Sequence record: SRR31156797_3202
Reading direction: 5' to 3' (one strand)
Length of the DNA: 52,220 nucleotides
In this document: positions 1 to 8,555 of the stretch, in pieces
Numbering within the stretch: the stretch's first letter is position 1
How the letters are laid out: every line of letters begins with the position of its first letter
The notes under the pieces: generated by a model
What the model saw: the letters and a program-made list of their open reading frames with translations, nothing else
What the model was told of the DNA's origin: nothing
Database searches by the model: none
Translations under genes and position numbers: made by a program

Positions 1-57
1 GCCACCGACTTGATAGACACCTTTTAGTTAGACAAAATGACTAACAGAGAGGTGCTT

Positions 58-336
58 ATGAGCAGTAAAAGATATCCAGAAGAATTTAAAATTGAAGCAG
101 TAAAACAGATCACTGAAAAAGGTCATAGTGTGGCTGATGTCGCCAACCACTTAGGAACAACGACCCATAGTCTTTATGCTTGGGTGAAGCGCTATGGTCC
201 CGACTCCTCCCAACACCAAGCTCAATCTGATGAAAATGCCGAAATTCGTAGGCTTCGGAAAGAACTTCAAAGAGTCACCGAAGAGCGAGATATACTAAAA
301 AAAGCCGCGGTGTACTTCGCAAGCCAGTCCGACTGA
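58..336 (+). CDS. IS3 transposase OrfA (HTH)
   Basis: MSSKRYPEEFKIEAVKQI...SVADVANHLG...LYAWVKRY...EIRRLRKELQRVTEERDILKKAAVYFA. RBS AGAGG precedes the ATG at 58. Confidence 0.92.
   Translation: MSSKRYPEEFKIEAVKQITEKGHSVADVANHLGTTTHSLYAWVKRYGPDSSQHQAQSDENAEIRRLRKELQRVTEERDILKKAAVYFASQSD
297..304 (+). other. Programmed -1 ribosomal frameshift slippery site A7G
   Basis: CTA AAA AAA GCC near the end of orfA; orfB is in the -1 frame. Confidence 0.8.
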
Positions 337-1208
337 GGTACGCCTTTATTAAAGCCAATCAGTCTGTTTGGCCTGTTCGACGGAGGTCTAACGTCCTTGG
401 GGTTCATCCCAGTGGTTATTATGCCTGGCTAAAACACCCCGACAGCAAACAAGAGAAACGGCGTAAATACCTTCTCGGACTTATCAAACAGTTTTGGCTG
501 GAATCTGGTGGAGTTTATGGCTATCGAAAGATATACAGTGACCTACGAGATGAAGGTGAATCCTGTGGGATCAATCAAGTGCATCGCTTGATGAAACGAG
601 AAGGCTTACAGTCACAACGAGGGTATCGTAAACCCAGAGCTAAAGCAGGCACTGAACATTTCATTTCAGCTAATAAATTAGCCAGAGAGTTCAACCCAAC
701 GGCTCCAAACCAATCGTGGGTGACCGATATTACCTATATAAAAACACATGAAGGTTGGTTGTATCTTGCCGTTGTTGTCGTTCTTTTTTCTAGAAGAGTG
801 ATTGGTTGGTCGATGAAAAGTCGAATAACTAAAGAGTTGGTTTTGGATGCGCTTTTAATGGCTATATGGCGTCGTTCTCAGAGCCAAAAGGTGCTCGTGC
901 ATTCAGATCAAGGCAGTCAGTATACGAGTCACGACTGGAGCAAGTTCTTAAAGCAACATGGACTGGAAGCCAGTATGAGTCGTCGAGGGAATTGTCACGA
1001 TAATGCTGTGGCAGAAAGTTTTTTCCAGTTACTGAAAAGAGAGCGAGTTAAACGAAAAATCTACTCTACGCGGGAAGATGCTCGCATGGATATCTTTGAA
1101 TATATTGAGATGTTCTACAACGTAAAACGCAGGCATGGTCCCAATAATCAATTGTCGCCTGTAGAGTATGAGAAGCAATATGAGAGAAGACTAACTAGTG
1201 TCTACTGA
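300..1208 (+). CDS. IS3 transposase OrfB (DDE integrase core), expressed as OrfAB by -1 frameshift
   Basis: Frame is open from ~300 (KSRGVLRKPVRLRYAFIK...GVYGYRKI) to 1208. Motifs WVTDITY, HSDQGSQY and DNAVAESFF supply D-D-E. Confidence 0.92.
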   Translation, partial: KSRGVLRKPVRLRYAFIKANQSVWPVRRRSNVLGVHPSGYYAWLKHPDSKQEKRRKYLLGLIKQFWLESGGVYGYRKIYSDLRDEGESCGINQVHRLMKREGLQSQRGYRKPRAKAGTEHFISANKLAREFNPTAPNQSWVTDITYIKTHEGWLYLAVVVVLFSRRVIGWSMKSRITKELVLDALLMAIWRRSQSQKVLVHSDQGSQYTSHDWSKFLKQHGLEASMSRRGNCHDNAVAESFFQLLKRERVKRKIYSTREDARMDIFEYIEMFYNVKRRHGPNNQLSPVEYEKQYERRLTSVY

Positions 1209-1359
1209 CTCGGTGGCTATTCAGAATTTGGTAATTATCACAAACTTCCTAACTGATATTTGATCTACATTATTCCATATTGCTACTTCGCTTTATTCTT
1301 TTGACATACTCAATCTCATGTTACTTTATGATTTATCTTCTATACATTTTCTACTATTT

Positions 1360-1713
1360 ATGAACAATCTAAAAAGATCATTACTTTTAGTTATGTACAA
1401 AGACATGGCTTCAAATCTCACAGACTTTGATGGCATAGCTAAATTAGAACTATTTATCAATGAGGTAGAGTCTAAACGCTTACCTCTTTTTAAATTAGCA
1501 CTAGAATCCATATATGTGCTTGTATATATAAGATTTTTACTGCTCTTCGGTCGAAAAGCGAACAGTGTACAATCCGATGAAATAATACCTTTTTGTCTAG
1601 GGCTAAGGACCTCAAGGCTTTCTTTTTTTAATGACTATTATCAATATTTATATAGTTTTGTAACTTTGTATCATAGAACGGAAAATAAAAATGAAAGTTG
1701 CTGTAATAGGTAG
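1360..1713 (+). CDS. Small hypothetical protein; probable partner or split N-terminal domain of the downstream GMC oxidoreductase
   Basis: ORF overlaps the GMC start by 23 nt. C-terminal pattern LLLFGRK...SRLSFFNDYYQYLYSFVTLYH resembles helical domains found N-terminal to or upstream of GMC enzymes. Start uncertain (1318, 1360 or later). Confidence 0.55.
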   Translation: MNNLKRSLLLVMYKDMASNLTDFDGIAKLELFINEVESKRLPLFKLALESIYVLVYIRFLLLFGRKANSVQSDEIIPFCLGLRTSRLSFFNDYYQYLYSFVTLYHRTENKNESCCNR

Positions 1714-3061
1714 TGGGCCAGGTGGAGCCGTAGTCGCTTCTAAACTACTAGAAGCCGGTTATAACATAGACCTTTATGAAAAGGGTGACCTTTATGAGCA
1801 GCATGAACTTGAACCGTTCTCTAAAGATGAGCTGTTAAAAAAATATAATGGGGCAGGCATATCTGTTGCATTAGGAAACCCAAAGATAAAATTTGTTGAA
1901 GGCTCATGCTGGGGAGGAGGCTCCGAAGTAAATGCAGGCCTATATCATGAGATAAATGAGGTAATGATTTCATCATGGGCGGAAGAGTTTTTGATCGAAA
2001 ATTTCTCTAAAGAATCTCTTGCTAAGCACTTTCAGCAAACTAGAGATACTGTGAATGTAGAATACTCTCAACAACCGTTGTCACGAACATCTCTCAAACT
2101 CAAGGAAGGTGCTGAACAACTTGGTTGGAAAGTAATTGAGGTACCTCGCTGGTTTAAAAATGGTGTGAGACAATCTATGACGGAAACTTATCTTACATCA
2201 GAAATACGATCGAAAATCATCAAAGAAAAAGTTATAAGTATCAAAAAAAATGAGCACAGTTGGGTTGTGTCTAGCTCACAAACGACTAGAGCATATGACG
2301 CTGTATTTTTATGCGCTGGAGCAATAGAAACTCCATCTCTTCTTCAAAAAAGTAAGCTATCTAAGAATGCAGGTAAGAAAATCTTTATGCATCCTTCTTT
2401 AAAAATAGTAGCGGAGTATCCTGAAGAAATAAATAGTCTTTCCCCAGCTATTGGAATCCATCAGGTAAAGGAGTTTTCACCGGATATCAGTATGGGTTGC
2501 TCTATTAGCACCCCAGAGTATATTTCACTCGCTTTAAACGAGAATGGCACGTTCCACAACGAAATGTCCCAATCTCGCTTTAAAACAATGGCAATATATT
2601 ATGTCATGATAAATGCTGGGAAAGGCAGCATCACGAACATACCTTTCATCGACAATCCAATCGTAAAATATAAGATGACTAACTGTGAACTTGATAAACT
2701 CCAGCACGGCACAATGAAATTATGTCACCTACTATTTGAATCGGGAGCTAAATCATTGTACCCAGCGATATCGAAAATAGGGAAACTGAGCAACCCAGAT
2801 GAAATTGTTACCTTAAAATCAAGATTTAAGCGTAAAAATCTCAATTTAATGACTATACACTTGATGGGAAGTTGCCCATTTGGTGAGGATATATCTAAAA
2901 CGGTTGCCAACTCATACGGTGAAGTACATTTTCACAAAAACCTATTTATCGCCGATTCCTCTTTGATGTGCTCCGGACTCGGCGTAAACCCACAAGGTAC
3001 AGTTATGGCTCTGGCGAGCAGAGTTGCAGAACATTTTATCAAAAGAAATTCTAAGGACTAA
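1691..3061 (+). CDS. GMC-family FAD oxidoreductase
   Basis: N-terminal VIGSGPGG, GSCWGGGSEVNAG, LCAGAIETPSLLQKS, C-terminal HLMGSCPFG and ADSS...GVNPQGTVMALA. Confidence 0.9.
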   Translation: MKVAVIGSGPGGAVVASKLLEAGYNIDLYEKGDLYEQHELEPFSKDELLKKYNGAGISVALGNPKIKFVEGSCWGGGSEVNAGLYHEINEVMISSWAEEFLIENFSKESLAKHFQQTRDTVNVEYSQQPLSRTSLKLKEGAEQLGWKVIEVPRWFKNGVRQSMTETYLTSEIRSKIIKEKVISIKKNEHSWVVSSSQTTRAYDAVFLCAGAIETPSLLQKSKLSKNAGKKIFMHPSLKIVAEYPEEINSLSPAIGIHQVKEFSPDISMGCSISTPEYISLALNENGTFHNEMSQSRFKTMAIYYVMINAGKGSITNIPFIDNPIVKYKMTNCELDKLQHGTMKLCHLLFESGAKSLYPAISKIGKLSNPDEIVTLKSRFKRKNLNLMTIHLMGSCPFGEDISKTVANSYGEVHFHKNLFIADSSLMCSGLGVNPQGTVMALASRVAEHFIKRNSKD

Positions 3062-3065
3062 GTTC

Positions 3066-4124
3066 ATGTACAAATATGCCATCACTGGTGCTTCTGGCTG
3101 GTTGGGCACAACCTTAATTAAATCTATACTTAACGGTTTAGATGACATTGAAGAAGTTAATCAACTTCCACATAATCAGAAAATTAAATGTTTATTATTG
3201 CCCGGTGAAAGAATAATTGAGCCACTTAACTCAGATAATAGAATTGATATTGTATATGGCGATTTAAGGTCAGAAAAATCCATAAATGACTTTCTTTATA
3301 ACGCCGAAGACGCGGTTCTTATACACACAGCTGGCATAATTCACCCAAACAAAAAAGTCTCTGAGTTCTATGCTATTAACCTAGAGGCAAGTGTTAACCT
3401 AGTCTCAAAAGCAAAACAATATGGCTTAAAGAAAGCTGTTATTTTGTCCTCTAACTCACCAATTGGATGTAATCCCACTAGGGATCATCGTTTCACTGAA
3501 AACTCGCCTTATAACCCATACATGCATTATGGTAGATCAAAAATGCAAATGGAGCAGAGCCTTATATCTCAGTTTTCTGAAGACTTTCCTATAACAATTA
3601 TAAGAGCACCATGGTTTTATGGGCCGCACCAGCCTGAGAGGCAACTTACTTTTTTCCAAATGATACGTGACGGCAAGTGCCCGATTGTGGGGGATGGCAA
3701 TAATGTACGCTCAATGGTTCATATAGAAAACTTGGCTCAAGGAATTCTGCTTTCTGCTCAGAATAAAGCTGCAAACAATGAAATATTCTGGATTGCAGAT
3801 GAGAGAGCCTACACAATGAACGAGATTGTAGATACAATTGAACAATTGCTTGAGGAAAAATTCAATGTTGCTTGCAAGAAAAAAAGGTTACAACTACCAA
3901 GTACAGTATCTGAGATAGCATTTGTGTTGGATTTTTTGATTCAAAAAATAGGGCGCTATCATCAAAAAATACATGTCCTTTCAGAAATGAACAAAAATAT
4001 AGCCTGTGATATATCTAAGGCAAAGAATGTATTGGGATATAAACCGAAGCATAATCTTAGAGAAGGAATTGTCAAATCTATAAAAGAATATTTGGACTCT
4101 AGTAATTATCCACATAATGAATAA
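3066..4124 (+). CDS. Extended SDR, NAD(P)-dependent epimerase/dehydratase/reductase (3-beta-HSD-like)
   Basis: TGASGWLG, HTAGIIH, SSNS, YGRSK (YxxxK), RAPWFYGP. ATG at 3066 lies just after the GMC stop. Confidence 0.88.
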   Translation: MYKYAITGASGWLGTTLIKSILNGLDDIEEVNQLPHNQKIKCLLLPGERIIEPLNSDNRIDIVYGDLRSEKSINDFLYNAEDAVLIHTAGIIHPNKKVSEFYAINLEASVNLVSKAKQYGLKKAVILSSNSPIGCNPTRDHRFTENSPYNPYMHYGRSKMQMEQSLISQFSEDFPITIIRAPWFYGPHQPERQLTFFQMIRDGKCPIVGDGNNVRSMVHIENLAQGILLSAQNKAANNEIFWIADERAYTMNEIVDTIEQLLEEKFNVACKKKRLQLPSTVSEIAFVLDFLIQKIGRYHQKIHVLSEMNKNIACDISKAKNVLGYKPKHNLREGIVKSIKEYLDSSNYPHNE

Positions 4125-4659
4125 AATAATCATTGTAGTACCTGATGGCATTGTAACTAAAGGCGATGAAGTTATTCCATCTTTTGTATACAGGTCCGCA
4201 TTAGATGCGGCGAGTAAATACCATGAAAATTTGCCTATATATTTAGCTCCAGCTAATAAATTTAATACAAAATTTTACGAACAAGAAATTGGAGAGAAAT
4301 ATCTAAGAGAACATGGATGTAAAAAGATAATACACACTCCAACGTTCATTAGTGATAAATATATAGACACCTGGGGAAACGCCATACTATTAAAAGATTA
4401 CTTGGCTAGCACGAAAAACATGAATGTATTAACAACACAAGTAGTACTAGTTAGTGGCTATAAACACATGAGAAGAGCTTTTTATTGCTTTTCTGAAGCT
4501 GGATTTAACATTGTAGAGAAAGTTAGCACATCATATAAAATCATACCAAATGAGAAAATGCCTGTAAGACTATTTTATTACAAGTACAGTCCTTTACATT
4601 GGGTCTATGAATTGTTTGCTTTTGGGTTTGAAATAATAAAAAATTTTTTTAGGAGTTAA
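4117..4659 (+). CDS. YdcF/ElyC/SanA-like DUF218 protein
   Basis: DTWGNAILLK and VVLVSGYKHMRRAFYCF match the DUF218 T.ENA and LVTS..HM.RA motifs. Overlaps the upstream stop. Confidence 0.75.
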   Translation: MNKIIIVVPDGIVTKGDEVIPSFVYRSALDAASKYHENLPIYLAPANKFNTKFYEQEIGEKYLREHGCKKIIHTPTFISDKYIDTWGNAILLKDYLASTKNMNVLTTQVVLVSGYKHMRRAFYCFSEAGFNIVEKVSTSYKIIPNEKMPVRLFYYKYSPLHWVYELFAFGFEIIKNFFRS

Positions 4660-4660
4660 A

Positions 4661-5683
4661 ATGCACTTAGTTACTGGTGGTTCAGGTTTTCTAGGTAACC
4701 TGATAGTACAAAGGTTAGTAGCAGCGGGCGAGAAAGTTCGTGTTTTAGATATTTGGGATTCCCCAGATAGACCAGATGGAGTGGAATATTACGAATGTGA
4801 TATCCGCGACCGAGAAAAGGTAGCGATAGCTATGAAAGGTGTAGAGATCGTGCATCACAACGTTGCACTAGTGCCTCTAACTAAATCCGGAGATAAGTTC
4901 AGGGAAGTAAATGTTAACGGTAGCATGATTGCAGCAGAAGAAGCTGGTAAAGCAGGTGTAAAGGCGTTTATCCATATGAGTTCCAGTGCACTTTATGGTG
5001 TGCCTAAATGTCCGATTACGTCTCAAACCCCTACTCAACCTATAGAGATCTATGGGCAAGGAAAGCTCGATGGAGAACTTGCAGCGGAAGAAGCTTGTAA
5101 ACGTGCAAATGTTCCATTTATTTCAATTCGACCAAGAACAATATTGGGGGAAGGACGACTAGGTATATTTCAAATTTTATTCCAGTGGATTAGCGAAGAT
5201 ATCAACGTTTACACCATTGGCGATGGTAATATAAAGTTCCAGTTTGTTCATGCTCACGATTTGATGGACTTCTATATGCTGGCCTTAGAGAAAAATCAAC
5301 CTGGCAAGTACAATGTCGGTGCAGTCGAGTTCAATACTCTTCGTAATGATCTTGAATGGTTGATAGACGGTGTTAAATCAAAATCGAAAGTTAAGTCACT
5401 TCCGACAAGGTTATCGATTGGTAGTCTTAAATTTTTAGATAAAGTTGGCCTTTCGCCTTTAGCCCCATGGCACTACCTAACTTATCACAAGGAGTTTTAT
5501 TTTGATGTGACTCCTCTGACTGATATGGGCTGGAGGCCTAAATATTCTAATAGAGACATGTTACTTGAGTCATACAAATGGTTCATAGATAATCAGAAAA
5601 ATTATATAGAACAAGATGGTGCTTCCGCTCACAGAAAATCGGTTAAGCAAGGTGTATTAAAGATCATTAAATTTTTCTCGTAA
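4661..5683 (+). CDS. Extended SDR, NAD(P)-dependent epimerase/dehydratase/reductase
   Basis: TGGSGFLG, SSSALYG, YGQGK (YxxxK), IRPRTILG, QFVHAHDL. Confidence 0.88.
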   Translation: MHLVTGGSGFLGNLIVQRLVAAGEKVRVLDIWDSPDRPDGVEYYECDIRDREKVAIAMKGVEIVHHNVALVPLTKSGDKFREVNVNGSMIAAEEAGKAGVKAFIHMSSSALYGVPKCPITSQTPTQPIEIYGQGKLDGELAAEEACKRANVPFISIRPRTILGEGRLGIFQILFQWISEDINVYTIGDGNIKFQFVHAHDLMDFYMLALEKNQPGKYNVGAVEFNTLRNDLEWLIDGVKSKSKVKSLPTRLSIGSLKFLDKVGLSPLAPWHYLTYHKEFYFDVTPLTDMGWRPKYSNRDMLLESYKWFIDNQKNYIEQDGASAHRKSVKQGVLKIIKFFS

Positions 5684-5691
5684 CTTATTCA

Positions 5692-6033
5692 ATGACTATT
5701 AATCCTCTATTATTAGTTCTTTTCGCTGGCATCCTAACAGCTTTAGGTAATATATGCTTGAAGTTATCTAGAGCCGGCGAGACTGACCTGACGTTTATAG
5801 AAAGCCTGTTTAACCCTATGTTTATTCTTGGCTTGGTATTCTACGCAATAAACGTTGTTATTTTCGCAAAGTCCTTAGAAAAACTATCACTTACCGTAGC
5901 GTATCCAATGCTAACTGGAATAGGCTTTCTCCTCGTTTCTACATTTTCAGTTTTTGTATTAAGTGAGACATTAACTGTGGCTCGGATTATCGGAGCTTTA
6001 CTAATTATTATTGGACTAATTTTAATTTCTTAA
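5692..6033 (+). CDS. SMR/DMT-family 4-TM protein, ArnE/ArnF-like lipid-linked sugar flippase candidate
   Basis: 113 aa with four hydrophobic helices, LSLTVAYP and E....RIIGALLIIIG motifs. Lacks the EmrE-type TM1 glutamate. Confidence 0.78.
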   Translation: MTINPLLLVLFAGILTALGNICLKLSRAGETDLTFIESLFNPMFILGLVFYAINVVIFAKSLEKLSLTVAYPMLTGIGFLLVSTFSVFVLSETLTVARIIGALLIIIGLILIS

Positions 6034-6041
6034 GGAAGATA

Positions 6042-6881
6042 ATGTACATATCTGGAATGGTAAAAATAGTACGGCCTAAGCAATGGATTAAAAATATTTT
6101 TGTTTTTTCGCCGCTAATCTTCTCAGGTGAATTTTTATATTTAAGTTCAATCTTGAAGTCTTTAGAAGCATTTTTGTTTTTTGTCATAGCATCTTCAGCA
6201 ACTTATGTTCTTAACGACATTCGAGATATTGATTCTGACAAAAAACATCCTGTAAAGTCTCTTCACCGGCCTTTGGCTAGTGGAGAGCTGCCTCTATCCT
6301 ATGCATATTTTTTATTGTTTTCACTCTATGCATTATTATTATTAAGTATCTATATTAACTTATCGGTTGGCGTAGTTATTATATGCTATTTAGGCCTCAA
6401 TTACTTATACTCATTTTGGTTAAAAAATAAACCTGTATTAGATATCTTTACTATCGCATTTGGTTTCGTACTTAGAGTATATGCGGGAGCTGTTGCTCTA
6501 GAGGTACCGGTGTCATCCTGGATGTTTATAACAACGCTATCACTAACGTTATACCTAGCAACAGTTAAAAGACGCCAAGAGCTGCTCTCATCTGGAAGCA
6601 AAAGTAGAAAAGTACTTCAACTATACACACTTCCTTTGATAGAAAGATACGCTGAAATGGCCGCAACATGCGCTATTATGTTCTATAGCATCTTTGTAAT
6701 GTCTGAACGACCTGAAATGGTCTCTACCATACCACTCGTGCTATTTGGTTTGTTCCGGTACTGGTTTGTTGTAGAAGCAATGAATGGGGGAGAATCCCCT
6801 ACCGATATATTAATATCTGATAAACCACTCGTGCTAACTGTCATATCCTGGATTACATTGTGTGCATACTATATTGTCTAG
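6042..6881 (+). CDS. UbiA-family polyprenyl-phosphate phosphoribosyltransferase (decaprenyl-phosphate phosphoribosyltransferase-like)
   Basis: RPKQWIKNIFVF, YVLNDIRDIDSDKKHPVK..RPLASG, YSFWLK..PVLD, GFVLRVYAG, KRRQEL, GESPTD. No N-terminal HAD domain. Confidence 0.92.
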   Translation: MYISGMVKIVRPKQWIKNIFVFSPLIFSGEFLYLSSILKSLEAFLFFVIASSATYVLNDIRDIDSDKKHPVKSLHRPLASGELPLSYAYFLLFSLYALLLLSIYINLSVGVVIICYLGLNYLYSFWLKNKPVLDIFTIAFGFVLRVYAGAVALEVPVSSWMFITTLSLTLYLATVKRRQELLSSGSKSRKVLQLYTLPLIERYAEMAATCAIMFYSIFVMSERPEMVSTIPLVLFGLFRYWFVVEAMNGGESPTDILISDKPLVLTVISWITLCAYYIV

Positions 6882-7019
6882 GATAATCAATGCAAACTAT
6901 CTCTCTATGATGCATCTCCGTAATTGTCACATAAATGCCTAATAAAGTATTTGGGGGAGTACAATTTAAAATTATTCGTATTAATAATTATTAGCGCTAG
7001 CCAAACTGGACATATGTAT

Positions 7020-7737
7020 TGCTGAGTAGCTATATTTTTAAATACCTTCTCAGCAATTTTCTTCGTTTCTTTATCTTTCGGGTGTATATATACACCATCA
7101 TGCTAAAAACGACTTAGTTCTAAGTTTTAGGTAGGATAAATATCGCCAATATAAACATGTTGCGCATTGTTTTGCTCGCGTAATTATTATAACTTTATCT
7201 ACATGAACGCTCCTCTAGTAAGTAGATAAGCAAAGAACATCAAGTTAAGAATAAGAGAAAGCATTATTAAATAGACCCAGTAATGATTTCTCTAGATCCT
7301 TAGTCTTTCCTATTCGATCTGGAACATTATCACCCATCTGGATAATATTTGTTCTGGTTTTTAGAGTAATTTAATTTCTTAATTATCGATAGAACCTTTG
7401 TAACGGATCTGAATCAATTTCTAAAGGATAGATATTGCTAACGTAAGCTTTATAAGTAGGAATATTTAGCAACTTCAAAAATTGATGAGAATAATCATTA
7501 CTTCTATGTGATGTGACCGCTATCCCATAATCACCAAACCAGCCGATTTTACTCAAGGGAGCATGATAGGTTAAGCTATTTCCAAGCATCAAGATATCAG
7601 GCACAATGTCAGAAGATTCTGGCGATGAAAAGGTTGTTAAAGTTTTCCCTAAATAGTCCATGTGGTTATAATTAGCATACCCAAAAGGAATAAAACTAAT
7701 CATAATTAGTAAACTTAGAATAAATTTAATAAACCAT
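7020..7737 (-). pseudogene. Decayed secreted SGNH/GDSL hydrolase
   Basis: Fragments in shifting frames: signal-like N-terminus, LGNSLTYHAP..IGWFGDYGIA, IIQMGDNV, CLSTY*R, HDGVYIHPKDKETKKIAEKVF. Several stops and frameshifts. Confidence 0.8.
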
Positions 7738-7988
7738 ATGTCCTTACGTTTATATATAAGTCAATATTTAATAGCAGTCAGACTTAGTTAATAAATGTAT
7801 TACTCTGCACATTTATTCCGATTTTAATTACGATAATAATGTATTTGATAAGATGTCCTTTACTTTATAGCCTCGCGACTTTAACTTAGCAACAACTAGT
7901 TCTTCGCAGACTTTCACATCTAGATGACTATTTGAAAACTAGCGAAAAATAAATATCTTACGTTCAACCCATTTTGTAAAAGCTAATA

Positions 7989-8555
7989 TCACACTCGATC
8001 GCCAGCACCTTTACCTAAAACAGTTTGGACAATGTATACGAAGTAGCGCTTAAGCGTCATAGTCTGAATCATATTTTTGTCCCACTCAGCCAAAAGCTCA
8101 GGTGTAGACATGTCAATTTCATTCACTTGAGCCAAGCCAGTGATTCCAGGCCTAACATCGAAGACCCCTTTCTCTTGTCTAGCATCAATAAGTTCTTGCT
8201 GGTTAAACAGGCACGGACGAGGACCAACAAGGCTCATTTCCCCCTTAAGAACATTAATCAACTGTGGAAGTTCATCAAGCTTAGTTTTGCGAAGAAAACC
8301 ACCTAGCTTTGTTACCGAAGCAGCACCGACTAAATGAGTTGCCACTGACTGGGTATCAACTGGCATTGTCCGGAATTTAATCAAGGTGAATGGTTTTTTG
8401 TTTCGCCCTACACGAACCTGCCTAAACACTGGTGAACCAGTGTCAAAATAGCCAATCACAATGATAATGACGAGCAATGGCCAAAGGAACAACAAACCCA
8501 AAAAAGAGAACATAAAATCAAAGAATCTAATCACTAACAACCTCGCCTGAGTCAA
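7989..8555 (-). CDS. Initiating phosphoglycosyl transferase (bacterial sugar transferase, WbfU-like)
   Basis: [49 protein letters not shown]. Start may be a few codons downstream. Confidence 0.92.
   Translation of the reverse strand: MTQARLLVIRFFDFMFSFLGLLFLWPLLVIIIVIGYFDTGSPVFRQVRVGRNKKPFTLIKFRTMPVDTQSVATHLVGAASVTKLGGFLRKTKLDELPQLINVLKGEMSLVGPRPCLFNQQELIDARQEKGVFDVRPGITGLAQVNEIDMSTPELLAEWDKNMIQTMTLKRYFVYIVQTVLGKGAGDRV

Larger units (their letters stand above)
1..1223 (+). mobile_element. IS3-family insertion sequence (left IR truncated by window edge)
   Basis: The right end GTGTCTACTGACTCGGTGGCTATTCA (1198-1223, ends in CA) is the imperfect reverse complement of the window start GCCACCGACTTGATAGACAC. 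orfA/orfB arrangement is typical of IS3. Confidence 0.95.

Noticed and set aside
6880-6910. AGGA plus ATG (MQTISL*) immediately after ubiA, a possible remnant of a lost downstream gene such as dprE1 or a HAD phosphatase
   Set aside because: Only six codons, with no recognisable continuation in any frame.
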